From: Bdellovibrionales bacterium
GTDB taxonomy: Bacteria; Bdellovibrionota; Bdellovibrionia; Bdellovibrionales; UBA1609
NCBI GenBank assembly: GCA_965219095.1
Contig: OZ244719.1
Coordinates: 416,001-480,000 of the forward strand
DNA: 64,000 bases
Reading direction: 5' to 3'
The position numbers were made by a program, and so were the translations under genes. Below the pieces are notes generated by a model. That model made no database searches. It was not told the DNA's origin and saw nothing but the letters and a program-made list of their open reading frames with translations. Position 1 is the stretch's first letter. The number at the start of each line of letters is the position of its first letter. Positions 10,747-21,639 of the stretch are shown in pieces.

Positions 10747-12342
10747 TCATTTCTCCAAGCCTTTCTTCTTTTTTTCTTTAGCATTGTAAACTTGAAGCAA
10801 AATTTGCTTGTTTTGAAGTTTATCAATAAGAAGAGCTTGACCTCTTTTTAAAGACTTAAAAACATCAAAATCCACTTTCATCTTTTTGGTGTTAAAAAGT
10901 GAACCTAAGCCTGTTTTTTCAAACTCGCTTAACATCTCTTGTGATGACACTTGAAAGGTCATAGCTTTATCTTCTATAGTTCCACAAACAGAAGACCATG
11001 TTTCACAGTCTTGAGGGACATCTTGACGGAAGATCAGCTTATAAGCAGTGTTACCTAAAATCTGATCCGAAAACTCAGAAGATACAGCTTTTAAATCAGC
11101 CAAGCCTTGACAAAAAAGATGAACCCCTATGTTAGAGCTTCTGATCATTTTAAGAAGGTCGCTAAAATCTTTTGTTGCAAAAGAACCAAATTCGTCAATA
11201 AATATCCCTGCAAAGTTAAACTTAGGAGCTATTTGTCCTGCATGAATTTGACTGCTTATAACTTTCAAGTCTTGCACAATCATTTTGCCTAAACGTCTTG
11301 CAAAATCACCATATCCGTTTGTGTTCAGTTGAAAATAAGCCACCTGACCTTTTTCCAAAATCTCAACTAAATCAATTTGACACTTTGAAGAAGAAAGAAG
11401 ATGAGAAAACTCTCTAGAGTTTAAAATCTCAACCTGAGCTTTTAATCCTGCAAGGTCTTCTTTTTTAATTTGAGATAAAGAAGCTACATCATCTTCCATC
11501 CCTTCCAGCTCTTTTTTCTCCATAAATTCTTTGTGAGAGTTGTTGAGGGCTTGTTTTAATTCTTTAAGATTCATTTTCTTTTTTAGAGCTTCAAAACAAG
11601 AAAGCAAGATAGAAAGATACTGACTGGCTTGTGAAGCATAATAATCATGAGTAAAACTAAGGCCAAGCATCAGTTTCGACCTCACTTGTTCACTTGTTCC
11701 ATACTTCAAAGGATCGTAGGACAAGCTCTTTTCAGGCTGTGCAAGAGAAAAAAGCTTAAAGTCTTCCTCTTTTCTTCCTAACTCACAAAAAAGGAATTTT
11801 ATCATCTCTATGTCCTTTATTTCCCCCTTAGGATCAAGGATCACAAGAGGGTGTTTATGCAAAAAACTGTGCCTCAGTAAATTCATCATCAAGGTTGTTT
11901 TTCCTGTGCCTGTTGCTCCTGTAACAAGTAAATGCTCTGTTCTAGAACTGACAGGTAAACTTACAAGCTCTTTTTTGACAAAATTGGCTCCTATAGGAGC
12001 TGAGTCTTTAGACTCAAGAGCCTTCTCAAAAGTTTTGAAATCAACTTCTTCTCCCTCCAAATGATCCACTGTAATGCGTTTTTTGGATTTTATGTTCTCA
12101 TCCTTAAGCCAAAAATTACAAGTTATAAAAAGTAAAAAAGCCTGAAAGATCCAAAATACAAAAAGCTGTGCTAACCAGAAAAACAAAAGGTCTAAAACAA
12201 ATAAATGAAAAAGAGTCTCTAAAATGACAAGGCCAATAAAAATACAAATTATAAATTTATAGTTTTTCGCAAGCCTTTTAGAAGCATAAGGAGCTTTTTT
12301 AATCTCTTTATGTGCAATCACTCCCCCTAAAAAGAAAATCAT
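10747..12342 (-). CDS. TraD/VirD4-like type IV coupling protein
   Basis: Two N-terminal TMs, Walker A GATGTGKT, LDPKG, Walker B IFIDEF, Q-box CQGLADL, GNT..KLIFRQ. Confidence 0.85.
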   Translation of the reverse strand: MIFFLGGVIAHKEIKKAPYASKRLAKNYKFIICIFIGLVILETLFHLFVLDLLFFWLAQLFVFWIFQAFLLFITCNFWLKDENIKSKKRITVDHLEGEEVDFKTFEKALESKDSAPIGANFVKKELVSLPVSSRTEHLLVTGATGTGKTTLMMNLLRHSFLHKHPLVILDPKGEIKDIEMIKFLFCELGRKEEDFKLFSLAQPEKSLSYDPLKYGTSEQVRSKLMLGLSFTHDYYASQASQYLSILLSCFEALKKKMNLKELKQALNNSHKEFMEKKELEGMEDDVASLSQIKKEDLAGLKAQVEILNSREFSHLLSSSKCQIDLVEILEKGQVAYFQLNTNGYGDFARRLGKMIVQDLKVISSQIHAGQIAPKFNFAGIFIDEFGSFATKDFSDLLKMIRSSNIGVHLFCQGLADLKAVSSEFSDQILGNTAYKLIFRQDVPQDCETWSSVCGTIEDKAMTFQVSSQEMLSEFEKTGLGSLFNTKKMKVDFDVFKSLKRGQALLIDKLQNKQILLQVYNAKEKKKKGLEK

Positions 12343-12368
12343 AAAAAGTATATTGAAACTTTTTTCTT

Positions 12369-12800
12369 ATGAAGATCAACAGAGATTTTGCTTTTTTAAA
12401 TAACTTAGATTCATTATTGACTTATAATAGCATTGGAGTTCTTGAAGCCGCTCGTCTTTTAGAACTCAATAAGAATACTATAAGCACTTTCCTAAACGGT
12501 AAAAGTCATATAAACTCTCATGATTTTATGAGAGTCCTTAAACTAGCAGGCATTAACTTAAGGGCTATTGTGAGAGATGAGTTAGAAAGAAGAGAGCAAA
12601 GTGATACCCCTATAGGAGAAGACATGGAGCTTATTTTAAAGGGGCTTTCAAAACATGACAAAAGATCGATTCTTAAAGATGTTATAGCTTCTAGTGAACG
12701 TTGTGCTGATAAAAATAAAACCATAGAAAACTCACGCACAAGATTAAAAGAACACCTGCAAGAGATGAGGTATAAAAGAAAGCAGGCTAAATTATGTTAA
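12369..12800 (+). CDS. XRE-like HTH regulator
   Basis: EAARLLELNKNTISTFLNGK HTH; divergent from the coupling gene. Confidence 0.65.
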   Translation: MKINRDFAFLNNLDSLLTYNSIGVLEAARLLELNKNTISTFLNGKSHINSHDFMRVLKLAGINLRAIVRDELERREQSDTPIGEDMELILKGLSKHDKRSILKDVIASSERCADKNKTIENSRTRLKEHLQEMRYKRKQAKLC

Positions 12801-13342
12801 AAGTAAAACAAAGCATTCAAGAAAGAGATAACATGCTTTTAGAAAATTGGCTTTGTGATCCCTTTTGGCCAGAACTTCATGCTCACCTCACAATAGAAAG
12901 CCTTCCCGCTTCACCACAAGTCGTAGCAGAAACCTTCTCTGTAACCTTAGAAGAAGCTACAGATGCTATTGACGGATTAGAGGAGTTAGGCTTTCTTGTC
13001 AAAGAAGGGAGTTTTTATAAAGCTGGGAAGAGAAACTTTGTCATCACAAAAAAAGAAATCACAAAAAATCAGGCCATACATCAACATATTTTAAAAACAA
13101 GATACCTCTTAGCTCAAATAAAACCTGAAACTATAGAAAAAATCTCAAATTATACAGTGGCCTGTAGTAAAGAAGCTATGAATAAATTTAAACAGGATTT
13201 TGATAGGATTATCTTTGAACTTCTTGAAAGTTCAGAAAACTCTTTAAAAAATGAAGAAAAATCTGAAAAATCTATTTATAACATAAATTTAGGCATAATA
13301 AAAACGTCTAACATAAAACCAAAAGGAGAAAATCATGGCTAA
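12794..13342 (+). CDS. DUF4423/TIGR02147-like winged-helix protein
   Basis: W..LHAHL..ASPQVVAETF..EATDAIDGLEELGFL..HQHIL..IYNINLGI pattern, recognised from memory. Confidence 0.5.
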   Translation: MLKVKQSIQERDNMLLENWLCDPFWPELHAHLTIESLPASPQVVAETFSVTLEEATDAIDGLEELGFLVKEGSFYKAGKRNFVITKKEITKNQAIHQHILKTRYLLAQIKPETIEKISNYTVACSKEAMNKFKQDFDRIIFELLESSENSLKNEEKSEKSIYNINLGIIKTSNIKPKGENHG

Positions 13343-13727
13343 AAACCTATTCATAATAACAGTTTTATTCTTTACTTTTTCTTTTAAAAGTTTTATATGG
13401 GCAGGAGGCTCAGGTGTGGATTTTAGCTTTGCTGATAAAAAAGAAATTGATTCAAAGATTATTGAACTGCAACTTTTAGAGTTTTTTGAGTCTTATTCTA
13501 TAGTGTTTCAAGAAAATGAAACGCCAAATGTTTTAGAAAATGAATTTTATGAACTTAAAAAGCTTTTTGATGAAGGTTATTATAAAAGTGAGCTCGAAAA
13601 ACAAGAATCTCATAGACATATTTATTATCAAGTAAGAGATAGAGTGCCTGAGTTTTTTCCTGATCCTGAAAAAAAAGGAAATGATATAGAAATAGCTGAT
13701 CAGTTTTTTCTTTTTAACTTGTCGTAA
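13335..13727 (+). CDS. Secreted hypothetical protein
   Basis: Signal-peptide-like N-terminus, GGAG RBS; copy at 40165-40557. Confidence 0.6.
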   Translation: MAKNLFIITVLFFTFSFKSFIWAGGSGVDFSFADKKEIDSKIIELQLLEFFESYSIVFQENETPNVLENEFYELKKLFDEGYYKSELEKQESHRHIYYQVRDRVPEFFPDPEKKGNDIEIADQFFLFNLS

Positions 13728-13914
13728 AGAGTTTCTCGTGTAGGTTCTGGTTTAAGCATGGTTTTTGCCAATAAGAACTCTTTGGAGTTTCGGGAATTAT
13801 ACGCTTGACTTTTTATATTTAAAGCCTTGAAATAGAGTTTGATGTTCATGAAAAAAATAAAAATGAGTAAGATGCTATTTAGCCTAAAACAAGTCTATAA
13901 AAGAAGATGGGAAA

Positions 13915-14454
13915 ATGTCTAAAAAAATATTTACAAAGAATTTTTTTATAAGTCTTGGAATCATAGCCTTTGTAATAATGTTATTATTATATTTTTATTA
14001 TCCTGATTTTCTTGCAGGTTTTGTTTTTCCATTTTTTGGTCTTTGTTCCTCAATAGCTTTAATAGTTATTGCTTGGTATGTATATGATGATCGGGAAAGA
14101 GAAAAAGTTGTGTTAACAATAGTGCAACATGGAGCAAAGGATTGCTTGCTTGGCATACGTAATATAGGAAAAGTCAGCGTGAGTATATCTTTTTGCTGTT
14201 GGGAAGATCAAAGTGGTAAGATTTTAGAACATATACCTATCACTGGACTTCGTCTTGCAGGAGATAAGAGCGGACCCTTTAAAGAAGTATTTATTACAAT
14301 ACACCCTCCAATGAATCAGGTAAGCTTTATCTTACCTTTTGACAAAGAACGTCTAAGGAGTGCACGTAAGTTTTATGTTAAAGCTCCAGACGGAAAAAAA
14401 TTTTTTATGAAAGATGAGGAATTTAACCATTTTAGAGGACATCATCTTTCATGA
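13915..14454 (+). CDS. Membrane protein, hypothetical (cargo)
   Basis: Two N-terminal hydrophobic helices, 179 aa. Confidence 0.55.
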   Translation: MSKKIFTKNFFISLGIIAFVIMLLLYFYYPDFLAGFVFPFFGLCSSIALIVIAWYVYDDREREKVVLTIVQHGAKDCLLGIRNIGKVSVSISFCCWEDQSGKILEHIPITGLRLAGDKSGPFKEVFITIHPPMNQVSFILPFDKERLRSARKFYVKAPDGKKFFMKDEEFNHFRGHHLS

Positions 14455-14740
14455 TGACAAACTCCTGTAGAGGCTTTGACATATATGAAGAAGTCTCTAA
14501 AAGAAATAAAAAAATCACCGCATTTTTAAGCACTTATTTCCTCTGCCAATTCAATGGATTGCCTTTTAAATTCTTCCGAATACTGTTTTACTTTTTCATA
14601 GACATTCTTTCTTTTACTCCCCCATTTCACGGAGACTTTAAGAGAAAATTGACTGTCCGCAGAAACAGGGGAAGTTCAGGGTTTTTAAGTCCCAGCCTTT
14701 CAAAAAAAGGCTGGTCATCCATATTTTCGGTAAATAATAA

Positions 14741-14788
14741 GCCTCCTCAAAAGAATCTGTGGGTTCCCGGAAGTTCTTTTGAAGAGGC
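14741..14788. mobile_element. Mini ISL3 remnant (two fused ends)
   Basis: Starts with the 24-bp ISL3 TIR, ends TTCTTTTGAAGAGGC; AAATAATAA on both sides. Confidence 0.75.
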
Positions 14789-15017
14789 AAAATAATAAAG
14801 TTTTGAATCCTGATAAATTGTCTTGTTTTGAGTATTTTCGCGAAAACTTGCTGAACCCTCAAATAATTACGTATGATCAGCCATATTGTCGTGCAGAAAA
14901 TATTATAGAGGACAGCCAATGAAAAGGAAGCCCAACACTAATCGTCACGGAAAAGATTTTCAGAAGCAGAAATATCCTTCTCATAGGAGTCAAAGGCTGT
15001 TAAGAAGCCGACTTACG

Positions 15018-18000
15018 TTATAACAACCCCTTAATTTCTTCGATGACCTTCGGAAGATTGTTTTTAATTGACAGTTCATTAACTTTATGTAGTTTTATAT
15101 TACCTTCTCTGACCTTAGATAAATTGTCATCCGGAACATAACTAGGTGCTAATGGATGAGTTATAGTAATAATAATATTTTTTCCATTCTTTTGTGTAAC
15201 TAAAATTGAACCAGCTATATCTTTAATTCCTAAAGATTCTAGTGAAAAATTTTTCTTTACTTCAATTTCATCTATACTATTTTTTAAATACTCATATAAA
15301 CGATTAGTCGCTTGTTCTAATCTTTCTGAGGAAATCATTGGTAATTCATTTTCCATTAAATAGAGCAATAGAGCTGTTCCTAATTCTCTGTCTAAATAAC
15401 TGTGATCAAACTTATTTTTATAGCTTCTTATACATCTATAACACGAACTAACACATTCATCACTTGGACATTCTTTTAATATTTTTAAAGCCTGTTCAAA
15501 GAGTTTCTTTGGATCGTCTCCTGCTTTAGATGAGAATCCGGCTCCTCCAGGCAAAGTGTCATATAAATAAATCTCTACTCTTTTTCCAGAAGGCTCACAT
15601 TCTTTTAAAGATGACCTATATTCACCTTGAACTTCTCTTGTTTCTAAATCTAATATTTGAGTCGTAGCAAAACTTAAAGCTTCACATACAGTTCTTAAAG
15701 CGATTTTGGTATATACTGACTTTGGCTTTAAAATAACTGGATCATCTACATTTAAGGAAATTAATAGGATATCAGAAGGAAAATCTGTTCCTAAAACAAT
15801 TCCTTTAGAAATCATTGCTTTCTCGCAAATTTTTCCGCTAGGAGCATCTGGAAATGGTTTATGATGTTCTTTTTTCGGCATTAATTTACCTTTAGGAGTT
15901 TCAACAGGCTCAATGGAGCCACACTTTGCACAATAGCTATATCCTTTATTTTTAGGACCTCTATTAGTGACAAATAAATGTTGACGAGTAGAAAAAATTT
16001 TAATCCTTTTATTAAATTCATTCCAACTTTCTTGTTCTACAGGGGTTTGCAGTTTAGCTCTAGTAGCATAGCTTAGTTCGGGCTGATCTTCTGGCGAAGT
16101 TTTTGGTTCAATAGAAAAGGGGTGTGCAAATCCAGGAGGACGTAACCAAGGTTTTCCTGGCCCAAAAGAGTTCTCAGTTCTACAAGCAGGGCAATCTCTA
16201 AGACGACCTTTATTACTAGGTTCTGATTCAACTTTAGCATATTCGCAAATAGCATATTCACAAACTGAACACTCAAAGTAAACTTTTCTATTTTTCCATG
16301 CTTTAAAGAGCTCATTTGGTATAGGTGAGTATATTGCAGACGATTGCCACAATTTACCATCAATCCAAATATCTTTTCCTGGTGCATATTGCGAAAGAGC
16401 TGTAGATAAATTTTGAGATGGGGAGTATTGAAACTTTTTATTATAATAAGAATATTGCTTATCAAAAACATAAAAACAGACGACATCTGTGGGAAATGCA
16501 TAACGAGGCAATACCCCTTTATACAATAGGCGTTCAAGTAGATTTTCTGCTTCTGCTCGGCCGGCATTATTATTCGCACCCCCTTCTAAAGGTATTTCTA
16601 ATATATTTTTGTCTTCTATGTTTTCTTTTGACATATGCTTTGATTTCCTATTCTCATCAACCCTGATAGCGTCTTTAATGGGAGCTATTATTTTCTCTAA
16701 GTCCAATTTTATATCTTTTTGAATCTCTTTTGGAATCCAATTTGAGATTTCTTTTTTTAAAATAATACGGTTATCTTTAATCCATCTTTCAAAGTCTTTA
16801 AAATTTAACAAGGTTTCATCAGCCCTAAAATCATCAACAGTTCCTAAAACAGAAAATAAATCTTGATTAAGTTTATTAGGAGAAATATTTTGGCATTTTT
16901 TTCTATGATACATCTGCAAAAGATAAGCTCTTATGTGTCGTTCTGTTATACTGATATTATTAAGATTTAAAAATGGGTCCTTTACCTCACCTTTAATCAT
17001 TTGTTCAGGGGTCTTAAAATAATGTTCATCATGACTGTCAGTACTAGCATATCCAATTACAGTGGCAACAGCATTTGCTCTGCGACCGGCTCGACCAGAT
17101 CGTTGTTGATAGCTTGCTCTGCTGGGGGACATATTCCTAAGAGCTACGCCAGACAAGCTACCGATATCAATTCCAACCTCCATTGTGGTCGTACAAGAAA
17201 GCACGTCAATTGCAGGTCTGCCTAAACTCTCTTTACTTTCATCCAAATTTATATCTTGAAAAAGAAGTTCATATTCTTCAGCCTTTGAAAAGTTTTGCTC
17301 TAATTGAGTGGAATTAAGTTGGGCTGTATGTTCTGCAGTTATCAACGAAATAGGAGGTTTGTTATTTTCCAATAAATCTGTGGTTGGTTTTCGATAATAT
17401 TTTTTTCTTGCTGAGAACACACTATCTTCATCAGGGTTAATTTTTTCAGACGTATTTTTCCCACAATTAAAGCATACCTTCTTATCTGGAAAGGGTCTTT
17501 GAGTTGTTTTACATATATTGCAATAAGCCCATTCTCCTGTACAACTCAGAGTTACTTCACTTCCTCTTAATCTATATTTTCCATCGTCATATTTCTCACA
17601 AAAATGCTCGAGTAACTTTGGAAGCCAATATTTATTAAAAAAGTTCTTTGATTCTCTAAGAACAACTTTTTCAAAACCTCTAAATTTTCCTTTGTGTGAC
17701 TTAATATATTTATTATATTTTTCATTTGAATCTTGCTTCCAGTCATCTGGGCATATATCCATCCAAATCATGTTTTTTGTCCACTCTTTAATCCAAGTCC
17801 GGACTAATGCAATTTTTTGTTCCTCAGTTTCAGCAACACCAGATATGTCTGGAAGTTTTTTTAAGTCTTCTTTAGGATCAGGAAGTTCCACAATAGATGC
17901 TAAGGCTAAATCTTCAATTCCATAATAGTTTGCAAATAATACATCATAAATCCCGTGCAAGAGAGAGACGGGGGGTTTATAATTAATTGGGAAGTTTCTT

Positions 18001-20537
18001 ATTATCCTTTTATTTTTGTATCCATCATCAATCCATTCTTTTATCCTTTCTTCGTTCTTAAAATAGTTGGATTCATTTCCACCTGTTTCAGGATATAATC
18101 TTACCTTTTCCTTAACAGAAGCAAGTAAAACCGCTAGGTAGCAATGATTTAGACTTACCTCTTCACCAACCTCTTCACCAATTTTACTTAACTCATTGAA
18201 ACCTTTAATCAATAATGGCCTTAAAGCGTCTTTTGTAGAAAGAGATTTTAAATTTGGAGCTAATCTTGCTGCTACTTGTCTAGAATCAGAAAATATAAGA
18301 GTTTTTCGTCCTCTTAGGGGTGCAAAGCGAGTTGACTTCTGTGGGCCTGGAGGTTGGACAGATATTTGTTTTGTAACAAGAGCTTGGAAAGGTTGATCTC
18401 CACTTGTTTGATGATCTTGAATGGTAGATCGACCAAAGATTCCTCTCTTGTCACAAACAGCACAAGGGTAAAATTGACCTCGACTTCTATTTTTTAAAGG
18501 TTCATCTTGGATACTCTGTGATTGAATGTAGATTGATCTTACTCTATTTCCTCTACTATTATTAGGATTACACTGTCCAGATAATATGTCTAACTTAATT
18601 TCTAATGGTTTATCATCAGATGGCTTTTCTAGTAAAAGGTCAATAGGTTCTAGTCTTGAATTTTCTTTTTGTTCTTCTATTAAACTCTCTTTTTGATTCC
18701 ATAAAAAGCGAAGACTTTCTAATTCCTCCTCATTTTCTATCCATCCTCGCGCATATGCAGCACCACAATTCCTACATGTGTACAGTTCAAAAATTTTTGC
18801 CCCACACTTACAGGTATCTTTTGGTTGGCTATAAAGTTTGCCAGTTGGTCTTTTATCTTTATAGTCAGTAATCTGAGAACAGGCTTTATCTAAGCAAACC
18901 CAAAGGCCAGAAAGTCCTCTAAAAAAAGCATGAACCCTACATGGAAGCAAGCTAGATGATGAAGGGCTTTCTTTTGCCATGCTCGCTAAGGCAATTAAAT
19001 TACTAGTCGCTCTATCTCCTAAATCTTTTGAGATATCTGGAAATACTTTTTCTGATAAAGACTTAATAGATATGGCTTCTTGCATAGATATATTTATTAG
19101 TTTTTGAAGAGGTTCATATTCTTTTAGGGCATTATATAAAGACAAATAAATTGGTTTTTTAGATTCTATTTTTCGATATTCTAAAAATCTTTTAATTAAC
19201 CTTAGTTTTTCTTCTTCGTTAGAGTCATAAAATTGTTTTAAATTAATTTCTCTAAGTAGCCTAGCATCTTTTTCAACTCCATATCTTGCACTTTCTTTTA
19301 AATCTAACTCTCCAGTTATTACATTAAAATTTAAAGGGTCTTTTCCGGTAAGGTCAGCTACAAAATTCTTTGCAAGCTCGCTATCACTAAAGCTCGCACT
19401 AGTGCATATAATTTGCAGTCTTTCTGTTTCTATTCCTAACCGGGCTCTCAGTCGTCTCAGTAACAGAGCAACCTCTGCTCCAGCGGCTCCTCTATAAAGG
19501 TGGGCTTCATCTACTACTAATAGCAATTTCTCATTTGGATTTTTCCTAAGCCAAGAACAGGTCTTATCGAAAATACATTGTTCAATGGGTCTCATCAGCA
19601 TATATTCAAGCATAGAATAGTTTGTTACAAGTATGTCAGGAGGATTTTCAAAAACCTCATGTCTTGTAAGAAGTTCTGAATCTTTTAGCATGGTGTTACA
19701 TCGATTAAATTGATCATTTTTTTTCCAGTGTTGATTTTTTTCTCCATACCAAGCTCTTAAGTTTTCCTTAGCAGGCCATTTCCCTTTTTTCTTTAATTCA
19801 CTTATAAGTCTCTTTGCAGGTTCAGATTGGTTTTTATCCTTAGAGTTAGAGGCTTCAATATTCTTAATAAAGTAATCCTCTATAGGTTTTAATTTTTTTT
19901 TATCTTTATTTGAGTCACGAACACCAGGATATAAAGTTCTACTAGTATATCTTGAAAATCTAACTGGCCTTCCACTCCATCCAATAAATAAATCTTTTAG
20001 TCGAGAATCTCCAAATAATAACCTTAATCTGGCAAGCTGATCATTAACCAAAGCATTCATAGGGTAAAGGATTAAAGCTCTTACAGCAGATTCTTCTCCA
20101 AACCCTTTTTTCTTCAAAAAAGATTCTCGTGCTAACTTCCCTAAAATTGGAAGCAAAAAACACTCTGTCTTACCTGAACCTGTTCCAGTTGTTATTACAA
20201 CATCTCTCCCTTCGATAAGGGTTTTCTCAATTGCATCTGCTTGATGAGAATATGGTGGATTATAAATGAGTTTTTTATGGTCAGAGGTTTCTTTCAACAC
20301 AGTATTAAATGCTTGCAATATAGAATCATCTAGCTTTAAGTCTTCAAATTTATGTCCTAACTTATATCTTGGAGTGCTTTCTAAGTAAGGGGTTTGAAAT
20401 ATCACACCAGGTTTCTGAAGGAGTTTTTTCCTTTCCTTGATTAAAAATGGGTGGCTTATATGGTATGTAGCTTCAATGTAATTACAAAGTTCTTCTTGAA
20501 GCTCTGATATTGTCTGCCCTATGGTTTTACTTTCCAT
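15018..20537 (-). CDS. druE: Druantia DruE-like DEAD/DEAH helicase with DUF1998-type C-terminus
   Basis: 1839 aa; TGTGSGKT, YPMNALVNDQ, DEAH, TTTMEVGIDIG, QRSGRAGR, Zn-binding CxxC motifs, DTLPGGAG, CVSSCYRC. Confidence 0.85.
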   Translation of the reverse strand: MESKTIGQTISELQEELCNYIEATYHISHPFLIKERKKLLQKPGVIFQTPYLESTPRYKLGHKFEDLKLDDSILQAFNTVLKETSDHKKLIYNPPYSHQADAIEKTLIEGRDVVITTGTGSGKTECFLLPILGKLARESFLKKKGFGEESAVRALILYPMNALVNDQLARLRLLFGDSRLKDLFIGWSGRPVRFSRYTSRTLYPGVRDSNKDKKKLKPIEDYFIKNIEASNSKDKNQSEPAKRLISELKKKGKWPAKENLRAWYGEKNQHWKKNDQFNRCNTMLKDSELLTRHEVFENPPDILVTNYSMLEYMLMRPIEQCIFDKTCSWLRKNPNEKLLLVVDEAHLYRGAAGAEVALLLRRLRARLGIETERLQIICTSASFSDSELAKNFVADLTGKDPLNFNVITGELDLKESARYGVEKDARLLREINLKQFYDSNEEEKLRLIKRFLEYRKIESKKPIYLSLYNALKEYEPLQKLINISMQEAISIKSLSEKVFPDISKDLGDRATSNLIALASMAKESPSSSSLLPCRVHAFFRGLSGLWVCLDKACSQITDYKDKRPTGKLYSQPKDTCKCGAKIFELYTCRNCGAAYARGWIENEEELESLRFLWNQKESLIEEQKENSRLEPIDLLLEKPSDDKPLEIKLDILSGQCNPNNSRGNRVRSIYIQSQSIQDEPLKNRSRGQFYPCAVCDKRGIFGRSTIQDHQTSGDQPFQALVTKQISVQPPGPQKSTRFAPLRGRKTLIFSDSRQVAARLAPNLKSLSTKDALRPLLIKGFNELSKIGEEVGEEVSLNHCYLAVLLASVKEKVRLYPETGGNESNYFKNEERIKEWIDDGYKNKRIIRNFPINYKPPVSLLHGIYDVLFANYYGIEDLALASIVELPDPKEDLKKLPDISGVAETEEQKIALVRTWIKEWTKNMIWMDICPDDWKQDSNEKYNKYIKSHKGKFRGFEKVVLRESKNFFNKYWLPKLLEHFCEKYDDGKYRLRGSEVTLSCTGEWAYCNICKTTQRPFPDKKVCFNCGKNTSEKINPDEDSVFSARKKYYRKPTTDLLENNKPPISLITAEHTAQLNSTQLEQNFSKAEEYELLFQDINLDESKESLGRPAIDVLSCTTTMEVGIDIGSLSGVALRNMSPSRASYQQRSGRAGRRANAVATVIGYASTDSHDEHYFKTPEQMIKGEVKDPFLNLNNISITERHIRAYLLQMYHRKKCQNISPNKLNQDLFSVLGTVDDFRADETLLNFKDFERWIKDNRIILKKEISNWIPKEIQKDIKLDLEKIIAPIKDAIRVDENRKSKHMSKENIEDKNILEIPLEGGANNNAGRAEAENLLERLLYKGVLPRYAFPTDVVCFYVFDKQYSYYNKKFQYSPSQNLSTALSQYAPGKDIWIDGKLWQSSAIYSPIPNELFKAWKNRKVYFECSVCEYAICEYAKVESEPSNKGRLRDCPACRTENSFGPGKPWLRPPGFAHPFSIEPKTSPEDQPELSYATRAKLQTPVEQESWNEFNKRIKIFSTRQHLFVTNRGPKNKGYSYCAKCGSIEPVETPKGKLMPKKEHHKPFPDAPSGKICEKAMISKGIVLGTDFPSDILLISLNVDDPVILKPKSVYTKIALRTVCEALSFATTQILDLETREVQGEYRSSLKECEPSGKRVEIYLYDTLPGGAGFSSKAGDDPKKLFEQALKILKECPSDECVSSCYRCIRSYKNKFDHSYLDRELGTALLLYLMENELPMISSERLEQATNRLYEYLKNSIDEIEVKKNFSLESLGIKDIAGSILVTQKNGKNIIITITHPLAPSYVPDDNLSKVREGNIKLHKVNELSIKNNLPKVIEEIKGLL

Positions 20538-20541
20538 ATTT

Positions 20542-21639
20542 TTATCTGCTCCTTTCTGTCATCCATAACATTTTTTTGCAATATTCAACTTCTTGTATAG
20601 CATTATTTCCAGCAAAACAATACGAAAAAAGGGCTTTTCTTCCGGGGACTGGATTTCCTAATACATCCCATTTTCGACTTGCCCATCTTGGAATAGGCGA
20701 AAAAAAGTCTATTATTATCTTATCTTGAGAAATATTCTCGATACTAAATACTTGTGGATGCTCATTTAAATAGTCTAAAGCCATTTGGATTCTCCATGCT
20801 TCATCACATCCCCTCTGATATTGAAATGAAAAGGGCAGATCTTTTCTTTTCATTCCCCCATCTTTAACCTTTATATAACTCCATATGAAGTTTCCATACT
20901 TTCTTTTTCTTCGAGCAATAAATTTTCCACTAATAGAGGGTTTTAACTTTTTCCAACGACTTTTATAAAAATCAACTTTTGATTCTATATCGATAATTTC
21001 AACATCTTCTGTAATAGGGTCTTTAGGCATTTTTTCTATTTCTCTATCTATCTTTTTTAAGAAATCTTTTGGATGTTCTTTTTGGGGAGATTTTAGCCAA
21101 TATGTACAGGGGAACTCTTGTAAACCACTTTCTTTTATCGAGCCTATTTCCTTTTCTGATAAGTTTGTCAGTTTGCGAACATGATTTATAAATTCGATTT
21201 TAGAAATCAATGAATGTGGCAAGGGAGGAAATCCTTCAGGAACAATTCCTAATAGAAGAACAACAGTGTTATTAATCCTTACAAAAGCTGGTGAACTTCC
21301 GTATAGAACTTTTCGTGAAGCATCTTCTCTACTACTTTGCTCTAATAGATCTCCATAAGAAATCATAGAATCTACAATATCAGAAATTTTGTTCAACTCA
21401 CTCTCTGGTATAAGTTCTTTCAATAAGGATTCGGAAAAATCATTTAACTCCTTAGTAGAGCAAGGACACTTAAAACCTGAGACTTTTCTTATCACTCCCG
21501 CAATTCCTTCTACAGAGGAAAGGTTTAAAGATTCAGAATCTAGTCGTAGATTTTCAATAGTAATCTTATTTGCTTTTTCAATAGTTATCTCTCTAAACAT
21601 CCTAATCTCTCCTAAAATGTTCCATAAAATCTGATTCAT
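20542..21639 (-). CDS. Druantia accessory protein (DruD-like by position and size)
   Basis: 365 aa directly upstream of druE in a tightly coupled operon. Confidence 0.55.
   Translation of the reverse strand: MNQILWNILGEIRMFREITIEKANKITIENLRLDSESLNLSSVEGIAGVIRKVSGFKCPCSTKELNDFSESLLKELIPESELNKISDIVDSMISYGDLLEQSSREDASRKVLYGSSPAFVRINNTVVLLLGIVPEGFPPLPHSLISKIEFINHVRKLTNLSEKEIGSIKESGLQEFPCTYWLKSPQKEHPKDFLKKIDREIEKMPKDPITEDVEIIDIESKVDFYKSRWKKLKPSISGKFIARRKRKYGNFIWSYIKVKDGGMKRKDLPFSFQYQRGCDEAWRIQMALDYLNEHPQVFSIENISQDKIIIDFFSPIPRWASRKWDVLGNPVPGRKALFSYCFAGNNAIQEVEYCKKMLWMTERSR

Noticed and set aside
10535..10750. 71-aa ORF (also 35955-36170, and 54434-54861 small ORFs)
   Set aside because: Overlap the inverted-repeat structure and are not conserved as protein between elements 1/2 and 3
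8601..13727. Prophage or PICI
   Set aside because: No capsid, terminase, tail, primase or lysis genes; a coupling protein is present instead
14451..14919. ORFs 14451-14795 and 14638-14919
   Set aside because: Run through an ISL3 scar, overlap each other antisense and show no recognisable motif
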